Notes: a model not told the origin generated them from the letters alone. Counted from the first letter of the stretch, positions 27,891-39,100 are shown. The stretch: 64,000 nt of DNA from an uncultured delta proteobacterium (GCA_963843145.1 CAWJJC010000021.1:1-64000); one strand, 5' to 3'. Numbers and translations: made by a program.

Positions 27891-30159
27891 ACGAGAGGAG
27901 TGGACCGCGCTTCGAGAGCTGGCCGGCTGGAAGGGGATTGAGCTGGAGTATACCGATCTCCGAGGTCAGGTCCATGTGCTCTCTAAGGAGACCCTGCGCA
28001 TTTTTTTCCGGTCCCTGGGACTGGACTTTAAGACCCCGGAGGACTTGCAGCAAGCACTGCGCCAGGAACAGGAGAGACCCTGGCAGCAACTGACCCGGCC
28101 GGTTTGGGTGGAATATCAAACGCATTTGCCCGAGGAAATCAGCTTTCAATTTCCGCTGACGGAGGATCTCCCCCCGGATCGTCTGCTTCAGCTTCTCCAG
28201 ATCGAATTATCGATCGAGGAAGAGGAAGGGTACCAAAGAATCCAAAGCTTCGATTCCGAAGCGGTAAGGATTAAGGAAACGCGGCGCATCGCGGGAGGCT
28301 TATTCCAGAAGGCGGGCATTCCCTTTCCCCGGGGATTGCCTTTGGGGGTTCACCGCTTTTCGCTTTCGGTAGCCTTTCAAAATCAACGATGGTGGCAGGA
28401 GATCACCGTCATTCTTTGCCCGGAGCGGGCCTACCTTCCACCGGTCCTGGCGGAGGACGGTAAGCGGGCCGGGTTGCTGGCGGCCTTGCACGGGCTGCGG
28501 TCCGCCCGCAACTGGGGGATCGGGGATTTCAGTGATTTGAAAAAACTGGTCGGTTGGGCCGTGGACCGGCTTCAGGTGGATGTCATCGGGCTCCTGCCCC
28601 TCCATGCCCTGACTAACCGGGAGCCGTATAATATCAGCCCCTACTACCCCACCAGCCGGTTTTATCGGAATACGATCTACTTGGATGTGACCGCCATCGA
28701 GGAATATCACCGGTCCTGGCCGGCCCGGGCCCTGGCCTGTTCGCCGGAATTTGTAAAGATAGTTATCGAGCTCAGGGAATCGCCCTGGGTGGAATATGAA
28801 GCGGCGTCGCAATTAAAGGGGATGGTTCTGGAGGAAGTCTTTAAGACCTTCCTGGAAAGGCACTGGAAGCCCGATCAGGCGGGCGACTCTCGCCTGAAAT
28901 CCTTTAAAAGCTACTTGAAACGGGAAGGAAAGCCCCTGGAGCTTTTTGCCGCCTTCTGCGCCCTGGACGAATTTTTTCGAAAGCAGCCCCCTTTCCGGCA
29001 GGTTTGGCGAGATTGGCCCCTGCCTTTTCAAGACCCAGGTTCCAAGGAGGTGGAGGCCTTTTGCCAGGAGCAGGGAGAAAGGCTTTTGTTCCACCAGTAC
29101 CTGCAATGGCAGGTGGAAGAACAACTGGAAGAGGTTCAGCGAGCCGCCCGGGAAAGGGGAGCGGAACTCGGCCTCTACCTGGACCTGGCCCTGGGTATCG
29201 ACCCCGGAGGGGCCGATGCCTGGGCCTACCACGATTTTCTGATACCCGGGGTGAAAGCCGGGGCGCCGCCCGATGATTTTGCCCCCCAGGGACAGGACTG
29301 GGGTTTTCATCCGGCCAACCGGGAAAAACACCGGGATCATGGCTATCGCCTGCTGGCCGATGAAATCCGTAGAAACTGCCGGCCGGGCGGGGCACTACGG
29401 ATCGATCACGTCATGAAATTCTTTCGTCTTTTCTGGATCGCGGAAGGGCAGCCCGCGGCCCAGGGGGGATATGTAAAGGATTATTCCGAAGATCTGATCA
29501 AAATTCTTTGTCTGGAAAGCCTGCGGAATAAAACGCTGATCATCGGCGAGGACCTGGGGACCGTCCCGAATGAGGTCCGGGAGGTCTTGGGGCGGCACGG
29601 CATTTTTTCCTACCGCTTATTCTATTTTGAAAAGAAGGAATCGGGGGAGTTCAAGGACCCGGGTGAATACCCGGAAAGGGCCTTGGCGGCGGTCAGCACC
29701 CATGACCTGCCCACGCTGGCCGGTTTCTGGTCTTCCGGGGATATCCGCCTGCGCCGGGATTTGGGGTTTCTTCCTGATGATGTCGCCTTCCAGGGAAGCC
29801 TGCTTCAGCGCATTCATGATAAGCGGCAGATGATCGACACCCTGCAGCGCTGCGGATTTCTGTCCGCCCTCGAGGCTCGAGAGCTTCATGCCCAGGATCA
29901 ACCTCGGGTCACTCCGGCGTTGCACCGGGCGGTCATCGGTTTTCTGGTTTCCACGACGGCTAAACTGGTGGTCCTCAACCAGGAAGATCTATTTTTGGAG
30001 ATGAACCAGCAGAATCTGCCCGGCACCACCAACCAATATCCCAACTGGAAAAGCAAAATGCGCTATTCCCTGGAGGATCTGGTCCGTCACCCCGAGGCCC
30101 GGGAAATGGCCGCTCGCTACCGGGAGTGGATCGAGCGGTCGGGGAGGGGGATCCGGTGA
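27838..30159 (+). CDS. malQ: 4-alpha-glucanotransferase (amylomaltase)
   Basis: WGIGDFSDL, SPY, YLDLALG, GAPPDDFAPQGQDWG, LRIDHV, IGEDLGTVP, THDLPT, QNLPGT; true start may be slightly downstream. Confidence 0.92.
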   Translation: MESGPVARKGIRPLEDVKREEWTALRELAGWKGIELEYTDLRGQVHVLSKETLRIFFRSLGLDFKTPEDLQQALRQEQERPWQQLTRPVWVEYQTHLPEEISFQFPLTEDLPPDRLLQLLQIELSIEEEEGYQRIQSFDSEAVRIKETRRIAGGLFQKAGIPFPRGLPLGVHRFSLSVAFQNQRWWQEITVILCPERAYLPPVLAEDGKRAGLLAALHGLRSARNWGIGDFSDLKKLVGWAVDRLQVDVIGLLPLHALTNREPYNISPYYPTSRFYRNTIYLDVTAIEEYHRSWPARALACSPEFVKIVIELRESPWVEYEAASQLKGMVLEEVFKTFLERHWKPDQAGDSRLKSFKSYLKREGKPLELFAAFCALDEFFRKQPPFRQVWRDWPLPFQDPGSKEVEAFCQEQGERLLFHQYLQWQVEEQLEEVQRAARERGAELGLYLDLALGIDPGGADAWAYHDFLIPGVKAGAPPDDFAPQGQDWGFHPANREKHRDHGYRLLADEIRRNCRPGGALRIDHVMKFFRLFWIAEGQPAAQGGYVKDYSEDLIKILCLESLRNKTLIIGEDLGTVPNEVREVLGRHGIFSYRLFYFEKKESGEFKDPGEYPERALAAVSTHDLPTLAGFWSSGDIRLRRDLGFLPDDVAFQGSLLQRIHDKRQMIDTLQRCGFLSALEARELHAQDQPRVTPALHRAVIGFLVSTTAKLVVLNQEDLFLEMNQQNLPGTTNQYPNWKSKMRYSLEDLVRHPEAREMAARYREWIERSGRGIR

Positions 30160-32588
30160 TACCGGTCAGCGAGAGAGTCCGGGCACTCACTTTTTTCCAG
30201 TACTGTTCTGACTTTGGCGGCCAGCTCCCTCACCGAGAAGGGCTTGGGGATGAACTGTACCCCCTCGTCCAGCATGCCCCGGTGGGCGATCACATCGGCG
30301 GTGTAGCCGGACATGAACAGGCATTTCATCGTCGGCCGGATCGCTTTAATTTGTTCCGCCAAGTCCCGGCCGTTCATTTCGGGCAGGATAACGTCGGCCA
30401 GCAGAAGGTGAATCTCCCCGGTGTATCCCTCGACCAAACGCAAGGCCTCCCCCGGTGCGCCCGCGGTCAGCACGATGTAGCCCAGCTTATTGAGGATCCC
30501 GCCGGCGAGTTTCAGTAGCGCGACCTCGTCCTCCACCACCAGCACGGTCTCGCCCTGACTTAACGGGAGCGCTCCCTCGCTTTCTTCCTGGATGTCGGCG
30601 GCCTGGCCCGCCTGACGGGCCAGGTAAATTTTAAAGGTCGTTCCTTTCCCCGGTTCACTATAGACGTTGATGAAGCCGTTGTTCTGTTTGACGATGCCGT
30701 AAACCGTGGCCAGCCCCAGACCGGTTCCTAGCCCCACCTCCTTGGTAGTAAAAAACGGTTCAAAAATCTGGTCGAGGGTTTCTTTATCCATGCCGCAACC
30801 GTCGTCGCTAACGGCCAGCAGCACATACTCTCCCGGTACAAACCCCGGGTGATCGGCACAGTAGGCCTGATCAAAGACGGCGTTTCCCGTTTCGATGGTG
30901 ACCTTGCCGACATGTCTAATGGCGTCCCGGGCGTTGACGCACAGATTGGCCAAGATTTGTTCGACCTGGGTGAGGTCCATCTTGACCGGCCACAAGCCCG
31001 ACTCCGGCTGCCAAGCCAGATCGATGTCTTCGCCGATCAGCCGCCGGAGCAGCTTGAGCATACCTTCCACCGTCTCGTTCAGGTCGAGCACCTGAGGGTT
31101 GATCGTCTGCTTGCGGGCAAAGGCCAGCAATTGCCGGGTGAGTTCGACAGAACGTTGAGCGGCTACCCGGATTTCCGTAAGATTGTCATGGAGGAGCGTC
31201 CCGGGACCCGCCTCGTCTAAAGCCATTTGTGTATATCCTAGAATGATCCCCAGCATGTTATTAAAATCATGGGCCACTCCGCCAGCCAGTCGGCCTACCG
31301 CTTCCATCTTCTGGGCCTGGCGGATCTGGGACTCCAGGGAAAGTTTCTCGGTGATGTCTTCGACCATCTCGATCGCCGCCGTAACCTCGCCCGAGGCGTT
31401 GAGGATCGGAGAAGAAACGATGCGGTAATTTTGAACGACACCAGCCTGTGGTGTTTGCACCGTGGCTTCGTGGACCAGGCCGTCCTGCAGTGTCTTGTGG
31501 GTGGGACAGTAGTCACACACCTCCTCGCGTGGCGGGTCGTTGAACGCGCGGTAGCAGATCGGGTGTTGACCCGGATCGATGGCCGGGAACCACTGGCGCA
31601 TCCGGTGGTTCAGGTCGAGAACCTCCATATTGGGACTGATAAGGGCTACGCCGATCCCGATATTGTCCAGGATGCTGCGCATCTTGGCTTCACTCCCTTC
31701 TAAGTCCCTCTCCGCCTGCTTGCGGCAGGTAATGTCACGGGCGATCGCCTGGATGGCTATAGGTGTTCCGTTGGACATGACGGAAGATCCTTGTGTCTCC
31801 ACGTAAACCTGGGTACCGTCTTTGTTCCGCAACCTGAACTCAAGCAGGTCCTTTTGAATGCCGGTTTCCCGAATCTCCTCTAGTGTTCTGATGGCCAGCG
31901 GAAGCTGATCTTCGCTCAAGAACGAGGCAAAATTGAGGGAACGGATCTCTTCCCTGGTATAGCCAAGACGATTCAAGGCGGCTTGGTTGGCATCGATGAA
32001 GCGACCTTCGAAATCCATGGTGTAGACCAGGTCGAGCGAACGATCGAAAAGAGCCTTGTAGCGCTCCTCGCTCGCCCGCAGGTTCTCCTCCGCCCGCTTG
32101 CGCGCGGTGATGTCCTGCTGGAGGTTTTCCAGGGCCTGCTTTAATTCCTCGGTCCTCCTGGTTACCTCGAACTCCAGCTCTTTCTGGTAATTACGCATCA
32201 AGTCGTTGTAGGCCTTGACCCGCAGCAGGGACCGGACCCGGGCTAAAAGCTCCAGCTTATCAATGGGATATGAAATAAAATCATCGCACCCGACTTCAAT
32301 TCCCTTTATCCGATCTTCCGTTTCCTGCAATACGGTAACCAAGATTATCGGAAGCAATCGCTGGGCTTTATCTTGCCTGACCCTGCGGATAACTTCCAAA
32401 CCATCCATGCCGGGCATCTTTACGTCCAGCAGCATCAGATCGATTTGATTATCAGAAAGTTTCCTCAGCGCCTCTTTACCGTTGGCCGCCTCGACAATTT
32501 CATAATCCTGCGAATCAAGGTAGGCTTCGAGCAGTTCAATGTTTTGGCGCTGGTCATCCACAATTAAGATAACCGGTTTGTCTTTCAT
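30117..32588 (-). CDS. Hybrid sensor histidine kinase (REC-PAS-PAS-HisKA-HATPase-REC)
   Basis: ILIVDD; [21 protein letters not shown]; NLCVNARDA; FEPFFTTK; GTGLGLA; C-terminal REC. Confidence 0.92.
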   Translation of the reverse strand: MKDKPVILIVDDQRQNIELLEAYLDSQDYEIVEAANGKEALRKLSDNQIDLMLLDVKMPGMDGLEVIRRVRQDKAQRLLPIILVTVLQETEDRIKGIEVGCDDFISYPIDKLELLARVRSLLRVKAYNDLMRNYQKELEFEVTRRTEELKQALENLQQDITARKRAEENLRASEERYKALFDRSLDLVYTMDFEGRFIDANQAALNRLGYTREEIRSLNFASFLSEDQLPLAIRTLEEIRETGIQKDLLEFRLRNKDGTQVYVETQGSSVMSNGTPIAIQAIARDITCRKQAERDLEGSEAKMRSILDNIGIGVALISPNMEVLDLNHRMRQWFPAIDPGQHPICYRAFNDPPREEVCDYCPTHKTLQDGLVHEATVQTPQAGVVQNYRIVSSPILNASGEVTAAIEMVEDITEKLSLESQIRQAQKMEAVGRLAGGVAHDFNNMLGIILGYTQMALDEAGPGTLLHDNLTEIRVAAQRSVELTRQLLAFARKQTINPQVLDLNETVEGMLKLLRRLIGEDIDLAWQPESGLWPVKMDLTQVEQILANLCVNARDAIRHVGKVTIETGNAVFDQAYCADHPGFVPGEYVLLAVSDDGCGMDKETLDQIFEPFFTTKEVGLGTGLGLATVYGIVKQNNGFINVYSEPGKGTTFKIYLARQAGQAADIQEESEGALPLSQGETVLVVEDEVALLKLAGGILNKLGYIVLTAGAPGEALRLVEGYTGEIHLLLADVILPEMNGRDLAEQIKAIRPTMKCLFMSGYTADVIAHRGMLDEGVQFIPKPFSVRELAAKVRTVLEKSECPDSLADRYHRIPLPDRSIHSR

Positions 32589-32622
32589 CCTCTAACTTTC
32601 TTGAGTTTGACTTTTCAATAGA

Positions 32623-32997
32623 TTAGATCGCCGACTTAATAAATTGACTGATTTCTTTCGCAAAGGTGCGCGTATTTATCGGCTTGCCTATAAATCCGGT
32701 GTTGGTTATGGCTTGGGCCTCTTCTCTGCCTTCCGCCATTACAGACGCAGTCACAAAAACAATGGGAATATCGCCTGTTTCTTTTCCTTGACGCAATATC
32801 CTGGCGGCTTCGGTACCCCGCATATCCGGAAGCCGGACATCCATTATTATAATATCCGGTTTTTTTCTCCTGGCAATGGCCATTCCGTCGGCAGCCGTTT
32901 CGGCTTCGAATACTTCAAAGCCGGCGACCTCCAAAAGGTCTTTCTCCAGCAGCAGATTATTTCCGTTATCATCGACCACTAAGGCTTTCTGCCTCAC
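32623..32997 (-). CDS. Single-domain response regulator (DivK-like)
   Basis: LVVDD, PDIIIMDVRLPDMRG, IPIVFVTA, KPI. Confidence 0.9.
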   Translation of the reverse strand: MRQKALVVDDNGNNLLLEKDLLEVAGFEVFEAETAADGMAIARRKKPDIIIMDVRLPDMRGTEAARILRQGKETGDIPIVFVTASVMAEGREEAQAITNTGFIGKPINTRTFAKEISQFIKSAI

Positions 32998-32998
32998 C

Positions 32999-34267
32999 TC
33001 ACACCACCCTCCTGGATATAATAGGCAGAGTAAACCGGACCGAGGTGCCTTTATTTAGACCCTCTGATTTTACAGAAAGCTTCCCGCCGTGCAGTTCGAC
33101 CAGCTTTTTAGAGAGCGGCAAACCGAGCCCGGTCCCCTCAGTCACCCGAGAATAGGGGGTATCGACACGGAAAAAACCTTCAAATATTTTCTCCATGTTT
33201 TCTGGCGCGATGCCAATTCCTGTATCCCAGACCATTACTTCTATCTCGGAATCGGCTTTTTTCGCCCGCATGCCAATCTGACCACCCTCGGGGGTAAATT
33301 TAACCGCGTTTGAAAGCAGGTTGTACATTATCTCTTTTACCTTCAGCTCATCTGCCTCTATATTCGGCAGATCTTCGGTTATGTTAAGCAACATGATAAT
33401 CTTTTTTTTGTTGACCATCTCCTCTACCAGTAGCGAAATCTCATTTAATAGGTTTTTCATAGGTAAGTTGGACAGGGCCAACTTCATCTTTCCGGCTTCA
33501 ACTTTGGCCATATCAAGTATCTGATTTATCAGTAAGAGAAGATGCCTCCCGCTGGTTAAAACATTGTTTACGTATTTTTTCTGCTTCTCATTAAGCGGTC
33601 CGAAAGTCTCGTCAGATAATACCTCCGAGAAACCGTTAATGGAGTTAAGCGGGGTCCTGAGCTCATGCGACATGTTGGCCAGGAATTCAGATTTTACCTG
33701 AGCGCTACGTTTTAACTCGCTGGCCAACTCCTTTAACTCTTCATGGGCTTTTTTCAGCCCATTTTCTATCTCCCTGCGCTCGGTGATATCCTCGATGGCC
33801 AGGAGAATGATCCGTTCCTTCCCCCCTTCTCTTTGAATCTGCCGAGCATTCAAAAGCATTATGCGCCGGCCAATAGAAGCAAAATCATGTTCAACCTCAT
33901 AGTTATCAAAGGTTGTTTTTTGGGGAAGGATGGTTTCCAGCAATTCCCGCAATTTAGGGATATCCCACTGTTTATTGCCCAGGTCATAAATAAGATGCCC
34001 CACGGTTTCTTCAGGCATTACCTTAAAGAATTCATAGAAGGAGCGGCTGACCGTGACCACCCGGAGGTCTTGGTCCAAAGAAATTAGGGGTTCACGCACG
34101 GTGTTGATGACGCTCTCGGCATAGAGACGGGCCTCATCGACTGCCAGCTCAGTCGACCTATTCCCGGTTATCGCTTTTTCCAGCATGGCATTTTTCGAAC
34201 GTAATTCCGATAGTTCCTGGACGAATTGCTCTCTGGTTTTGTCATCATCTTTCATGAGGCCACCCAT
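32999..34267 (-). CDS. PAS-domain sensor histidine kinase
   Basis: KSEFLANMSHELRTPLN, NLLSNAVKFTP, DTGIGI, GTGLGL. Confidence 0.92.
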   Translation of the reverse strand: MGGLMKDDDKTREQFVQELSELRSKNAMLEKAITGNRSTELAVDEARLYAESVINTVREPLISLDQDLRVVTVSRSFYEFFKVMPEETVGHLIYDLGNKQWDIPKLRELLETILPQKTTFDNYEVEHDFASIGRRIMLLNARQIQREGGKERIILLAIEDITERREIENGLKKAHEELKELASELKRSAQVKSEFLANMSHELRTPLNSINGFSEVLSDETFGPLNEKQKKYVNNVLTSGRHLLLLINQILDMAKVEAGKMKLALSNLPMKNLLNEISLLVEEMVNKKKIIMLLNITEDLPNIEADELKVKEIMYNLLSNAVKFTPEGGQIGMRAKKADSEIEVMVWDTGIGIAPENMEKIFEGFFRVDTPYSRVTEGTGLGLPLSKKLVELHGGKLSVKSEGLNKGTSVRFTLPIISRRVV

Positions 34268-34282
34268 TAGATGTTAGTATTA

Positions 34283-34420
34283 AAACAAAAACCCCACTCC
34301 TCTATCGAGAAACAGGGTTCCATAACTCTTCCATCGACACTCCCTTTGGTATTAGGTTGCCAACAAGAACACTTGGATTATTTATCAAATATATCTTACC
34401 TCCAAATTATGAAAAGTCAA
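34283..34420 (-). promoter_or_regulatory. Promoter plus attenuator-like leader upstream of the histidine kinase
   Basis: TTGACT-16nt-TAAGAT (34420-34393), then a hairpin and ctgtttctc-gata-gaggagtgg + T-run just before ATG. Confidence 0.55.
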
Positions 34421-34458
34421 ACAGTCCCAGCCACCTTTCTCATTCCCCCCCCCAATGG

Positions 34459-35570
34459 CTAAGGTGTATTTGGAACGATTTCTATTCGAATCGCAACTGG
34501 CTCTTCTTGGGCGGGAGGGAGCAGGCCTTTTCCCTGGACCTCCCCCAGGGTGTTCAGTTGGTTGAGGAGATTAGGGATTGTTGGAGACGCTACGGCGGCG
34601 GTGATGACTTCTCTCTCAGGCGTTGTCTCCCGGTGAACATTTTTGGCGCCTATCCGCGAAAGCAGGTCCAGGGCTTTTTTTGCGGCCTCCTGAACGTCTC
34701 GAACCCGGAGGGTAAACCCAGTCGGCGTAGATTTAAAGGCGGCGGCTGGTCCGACCGTTGAGCGGCCCGAGGCCGATTTGCCCTTCTCTTCCAATAATTC
34801 AAAGGCTCGTGGTTGCGCCCGGTCTTTTTCTTTCCTGACCGCCCCCAAGGCTGGAGCCGGTTTGCTTTCAGAGGATTCGATTTTTTTCAGAGGGGCAACG
34901 GGAGTTCCGGGCGCCTCCATTTTATTGGCGAAGATTTCATTCGGGATTTCCCTTGCCGGTGGCATCGAGGATCCGGCTGCCGCAGGTCTCTTCTCTTCCG
35001 TTTCTTTATCCCCCATGATCCCTGACCCCGAGAGTTGGCGGGCAGCCTGTTCTTTTTCTAGTCGACTCCCGGCTGCAGTTTTGGTTTCCAGATTTTGGGG
35101 GATTATCGGGGGTGCCGGGGCAGACAGGAATCGGAGCAGTCTCCTTTCCCTTTTTTTGATAGGCAAAATCCTTAGGGAACGGGGGAAACCGATTCCGAAG
35201 GCGCCCTTAAAAGCGGCATCTCCGGTTCGTTGGCTTTGAAGACATAGACGGCCAGAATCACTACCAGGATGGAAGCCATCGCCTCCAGAGGAATTTTAAT
35301 ATGGAGGGGATAAAACAATTTTCTGAGGAGACCTCTTTCCCCTGCTGCTTCTTCACGGACCCGGGCCATGACCTTTTGAGTGAACCAGGGAGGGGGAGCG
35401 ACCTCCGGGAGACGGCCTAAAAGTTCCTTGGTCTGGTTCAGGTCCCGGAGAGCCAGGCGACAGGGTTCACAGGAGCGAAGGTGGTCTTCCAGGTCCTTCT
35501 GGTCCTGACCGGAAATCAGCCCTTCCTGATAGGCCGGGAGTTTTTTCTCAAATTCCTGGCAGGGGTTCAT
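34459..35570 (-). CDS. Zinc-finger anti-sigma factor (zf-HC2/DUF2275-like), frameshift near 35175
   Basis: C..HLRSCEPC motif, KLFYPLHIKIPLEA, TM helix, low-complexity C-terminal part. Confidence 0.8.
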
Positions 35571-36211
35571 AAGTCACCAAAACCTTTTTTCAGACAATTC
35601 TTGACGGACTCCCTGGCCCGGAAAAGACGGGATTTGACCGTTCCATCGGGGAGTCTAAGGGTTTGCTGAATCTCTTCATAGGAATGTCCCAGAATATCGC
35701 GGAGGACCAAAACTTCCCGATAGCCCTCGTCCAATTGATTGATGCACTCCTGGACTTTTTCCTCGATTTCCTTCTTTTCCAGTTGGGCCAGGACCGAGGC
35801 CTCCGAGGACGGAGGATCGGGGTCCAAGCGTCCCGACCCTGCCGCCGGAGGATCATCGAGGGAGAGCGCGTGGTGACGTTCCCGGGAGGCGATCTGCTTC
35901 ACGCGGTTTCTGGCCTGATTGAGCACGATACCATAGAGCCAGCTCGAAAATTTTGCCTCGCCTCTAAACTTCCCGACGGCGCGGAAGGCGGATAAGAAGG
36001 CCTCCTGAACCGCGTCGCCGGCCTCTTCATAATCTCCCAGCAGCCGATAGGCGAGGTTGAGCATCTTCTTCTGGTACTTTTCCACCAGGGTTTCAAAGGC
36101 TCGGAGATCTCCCTTCTGCGCCGATCGCACCAGGACTTCGTCTTCATCGGCCAGGGGCCGGATCGTTCCATCCCTATTATTAGACCTGTTCACCGGCTCA
36201 ATTGTTCCCAT
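35567..36211 (-). CDS. ECF RNA polymerase sigma factor
   Basis: GDLRAFETLV..DAVQEAF..FRGEAKFSSWLYGI..SYEEI..GTVKSRLFRAR. Confidence 0.92.
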   Translation of the reverse strand: MGTIEPVNRSNNRDGTIRPLADEDEVLVRSAQKGDLRAFETLVEKYQKKMLNLAYRLLGDYEEAGDAVQEAFLSAFRAVGKFRGEAKFSSWLYGIVLNQARNRVKQIASRERHHALSLDDPPAAGSGRLDPDPPSSEASVLAQLEKKEIEEKVQECINQLDEGYREVLVLRDILGHSYEEIQQTLRLPDGTVKSRLFRARESVKNCLKKGFGDL

Positions 36212-36280
36212 GGGAATGACTTTAGCACCCTTTGTTTTAAAATATAGAGTTATAGCGTTTTTTGTGCTACAAAACAACCT

Positions 36281-37021
36281 ATGGATCTTAAGGTCCCCTC
36301 ATCCGTAACCTTGTTTATTCCCTGTCTGATGGATTCCCTTTATCCCCGGGCGGCCCAGGACCTGCTGGTTTTGCTGAAAAAGTGCGGCTTCCGAGTGGAT
36401 TATCCCCGGGACCAGACCTGCTGCGGGCAGCCAGCTTTTAACCAGGGGTATTTTGATGTCGCCCGGAAGCTGGCTCGCCGGTTTCTCGATATATTTGAAT
36501 CGTCGGAATGCATTGTCTGCCCCTCCGGTTCCTGCACGGCCATGGTCAGGAATCACTACCCGGAACTTTTGACGACTGAGCCGGTCTGGCTGGAAAAGGC
36601 CCAGGCCGTGGGGGGGAAAATTTTTGAGGCCTCACAGTTCCTGACCACCTTCGCGGTATCCGAAAAGATTCGGGCCCGTTTCCAGGGAAAAGTCACTTAT
36701 CACGACTCCTGCCACTCCGCCCGCGGCCTGGGAATATACGAGGAGCCCAGGCGGTTGCTCTCTCAGGTCAAAGGGCTGGAGTTGGTTGAAATGGCCGATT
36801 CCAAGGCCTGCTGCGGTTTCGGCGGGCTGTTTTCCCGGCGTTTTCCCGAGGTCTCGCAGGCCATCACCGGGGAAAAGATAAAACAAATCCTGGCTACCGG
36901 GGCGGAATGGGTGGTCGGCAACGACCCGGGCTGCTTGATGAATATCCAGGGAGGTTTGAACCGGCTCAAGTCGCCGATCAAGGTTAAACACCTCGTGGAA
37001 ATTTTAAACAGCCGTTCCTGA
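36281..37021 (+). CDS. lutA: Lactate utilization protein A (CCG domains)
   Basis: LFIPC, QTCCGQPAFN, PSGSC, TYHDSCH, CCGFGGLF. Confidence 0.88.
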   Translation: MDLKVPSSVTLFIPCLMDSLYPRAAQDLLVLLKKCGFRVDYPRDQTCCGQPAFNQGYFDVARKLARRFLDIFESSECIVCPSGSCTAMVRNHYPELLTTEPVWLEKAQAVGGKIFEASQFLTTFAVSEKIRARFQGKVTYHDSCHSARGLGIYEEPRRLLSQVKGLELVEMADSKACCGFGGLFSRRFPEVSQAITGEKIKQILATGAEWVVGNDPGCLMNIQGGLNRLKSPIKVKHLVEILNSRS

Positions 37022-37024
37022 TCT

Positions 37025-38386
37025 ATGAACATACGAACTGAACAATTTAGAAAACAAGCCGCCCTGGCCCTGGAAGATAAGACCATGCAGGAGGCCATAT
37101 CCCGGGCTTCCGGTCGTTTCAGCCAGAACCGGACCAAGGCCTTCGGGGAGCTGCCTGAGGCCGAGGCCCTCCGGACCCGGGCCCACGAAATCAAGGCCGA
37201 GGCCATAGCGCATTTGGACGATTATCTGGAGGAGTTCACGGCCTCGGCCCAAAAGCTGGGCATTACCGTGCACCGCGCCGCGGACGGGGCCGACGCCTGC
37301 CGCTATATCGGAGACCTGGCTCAATCCCAGGGGATCGAGATAGTGGTCAAGGGCAAGTCCATGACCACTGAAGAGATCGACCTGAACCGCTACCTGGAGG
37401 CCGCCGGAATCCAGGTCTGGGAGACCGATCTGGGCGAATTTATCATCCAGTTGGCCGGGGAAGGGCCTTCTCATATTATCGCCCCGGCCCTGCACAAGAC
37501 CCAGCAGGAGATCGCCCTCCTTTTTAATAAAAAATTAGGGGTGCCGCTCTACGATGACCCGGTAAAACTGACCCAGGTGGCCCGAGAATTCCTGCGGGAC
37601 AAATATTTTCAGGCCGGTCTGGGGATCAGTGGGGCCAACTTCGCTCTGGCCCGAACCGGAACCATCGTCATCCTGGAAAACGAGGGTAACGCCCGTTTTT
37701 CCACTACCTTCCCCCGGGTCCATGTGGCGCTGGTGGGGATAGAAAAGGTGATTCCCGGCCTCCGGGAACTGGGGGTCTTTCTGAAACTGCTGGCCCGAAG
37801 CGCCACCGGACAGAAAGCCTCCACCTATGTTTCTCTGATCCAGGGGCCCCGTCGGCCCGGAGAGCTGGACGGCCCGGAAGAAATGCACATCGTGCTGCTG
37901 GATAACGGACGAAGCCGTTTCCGCCGGGACGACGAAATGCGGCCGTCGCTGTACTGCCTGCGTTGCGGAGCCTGTCTGAATGTCTGCCCGGTTTACCAGC
38001 GGATCGGCGGTCATGCCTATGGCTGGGTGTATAGCGGACCCATCGGGTCCCTGGTGACACCCCAATTTTTGGGGATTCAACGGGCTAAATACCTGCCTAT
38101 GGCCTCCACCCTCTGCCGGGCCTGCGCCGAGGTCTGCCCGGTCCGGATTCCCCTGCCCGATTTGCTCCTGACCCTTCGCCGGCGGATTGTGGAGCAGCAC
38201 GGTCTTCCCTGGCTGGAAAGAAAAATGATGGAAATCTGGGGGTTCTGTCAGAGCAGCCCGGAAAGATACCAAGCGGCCTTTGGTCTGGCCCGGATCGGGG
38301 AGGGATTCACCTCAGGCCTATTGCCGGCCGGGGGAGACCTGCCTGAAAAAAACTTTCATCGGATTTGGGAAGATGGACAGGACTGA
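37025..38386 (+). CDS. lutB: Lactate utilization protein B (Fe-S)
   Basis: KGKSMTTEE, ETDLGEFIIQL, ENEGN, CLRCGACLNVCPVY, YSGPIG. Confidence 0.92.
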   Translation: MNIRTEQFRKQAALALEDKTMQEAISRASGRFSQNRTKAFGELPEAEALRTRAHEIKAEAIAHLDDYLEEFTASAQKLGITVHRAADGADACRYIGDLAQSQGIEIVVKGKSMTTEEIDLNRYLEAAGIQVWETDLGEFIIQLAGEGPSHIIAPALHKTQQEIALLFNKKLGVPLYDDPVKLTQVAREFLRDKYFQAGLGISGANFALARTGTIVILENEGNARFSTTFPRVHVALVGIEKVIPGLRELGVFLKLLARSATGQKASTYVSLIQGPRRPGELDGPEEMHIVLLDNGRSRFRRDDEMRPSLYCLRCGACLNVCPVYQRIGGHAYGWVYSGPIGSLVTPQFLGIQRAKYLPMASTLCRACAEVCPVRIPLPDLLLTLRRRIVEQHGLPWLERKMMEIWGFCQSSPERYQAAFGLARIGEGFTSGLLPAGGDLPEKNFHRIWEDGQD

Positions 38387-38948
38387 TTGGCTCGACCGGC
38401 TGGAACTGGAACTCAAGGCCCTGCAGGCCCGAACCTTTCGGGCCGAGGACCCGGCCGCTTTAAAGGAAATTTTACAAACACTATGTCGGGACAGTCTTCC
38501 TGAGGCCGTAGCCCGGGAAGACCGCCCCTGGCTGGAAAAACTGGATCTGGGATTTCCCGTTTATCAGCCAGCGGATAGACTTCATCCGGGAAACGGGTCA
38601 TGGAAGCCGCTTCGGGATATTACCGTGGGGATCACCGGGGTGGATTATGCTTTGGCGGAAACCGGCACCCTGGTGCTGGCTTCGGGACAGGCGAGGGGAC
38701 GAGGACTTTCCTTGGCCCCTCGTCACCATATCGCCTTGTTGCCCCAGGAGCGTATTCTGCCCTCCCTGGACCAGTTCCTGGACCTTTATTCCGACGGGGA
38801 AAGCTTTTTGTTTCAGGGCAGCGCCGTGACCTTTATTTCCGGGGCCAGCCGCACGGCGGACATTGAGCTGAACCTGGTCCTCGGCGCCCACGGTCCCAAG
38901 GAATTGAGTGTCATTACCCTCTGTTTTCCGGTGGGGATAGCGGGTTGA
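38373..38948 (+). CDS. lutC: Lactate utilization protein C (LUD domain)
   Basis: GITG..ALAETGT..ISGASRTADIE..GAHGP. Confidence 0.88.
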   Translation: MDRTDWLDRLELELKALQARTFRAEDPAALKEILQTLCRDSLPEAVAREDRPWLEKLDLGFPVYQPADRLHPGNGSWKPLRDITVGITGVDYALAETGTLVLASGQARGRGLSLAPRHHIALLPQERILPSLDQFLDLYSDGESFLFQGSAVTFISGASRTADIELNLVLGAHGPKELSVITLCFPVGIAG

Positions 38949-39000
38949 TAGTTTGAGGTTACGTCCAGAACGAGAATAGAATCGATGATCTCGTCGGGTC

Positions 39001-39062
39001 TAATAATCAATAATCAATTTTTAATTCTCAATTAATCATTAACCGGTGACTATTGATTATTG
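39001..39062. repeat. AT-rich heptamer repeat element
   Basis: aataatc aataatc aattttt aattctc.. closing with gactattgattattg. Confidence 0.65.
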
Positions 39063-39100
39063 TTTTTTTCGTAACTAAAGAAAACGAGGAGTTCTAATTC

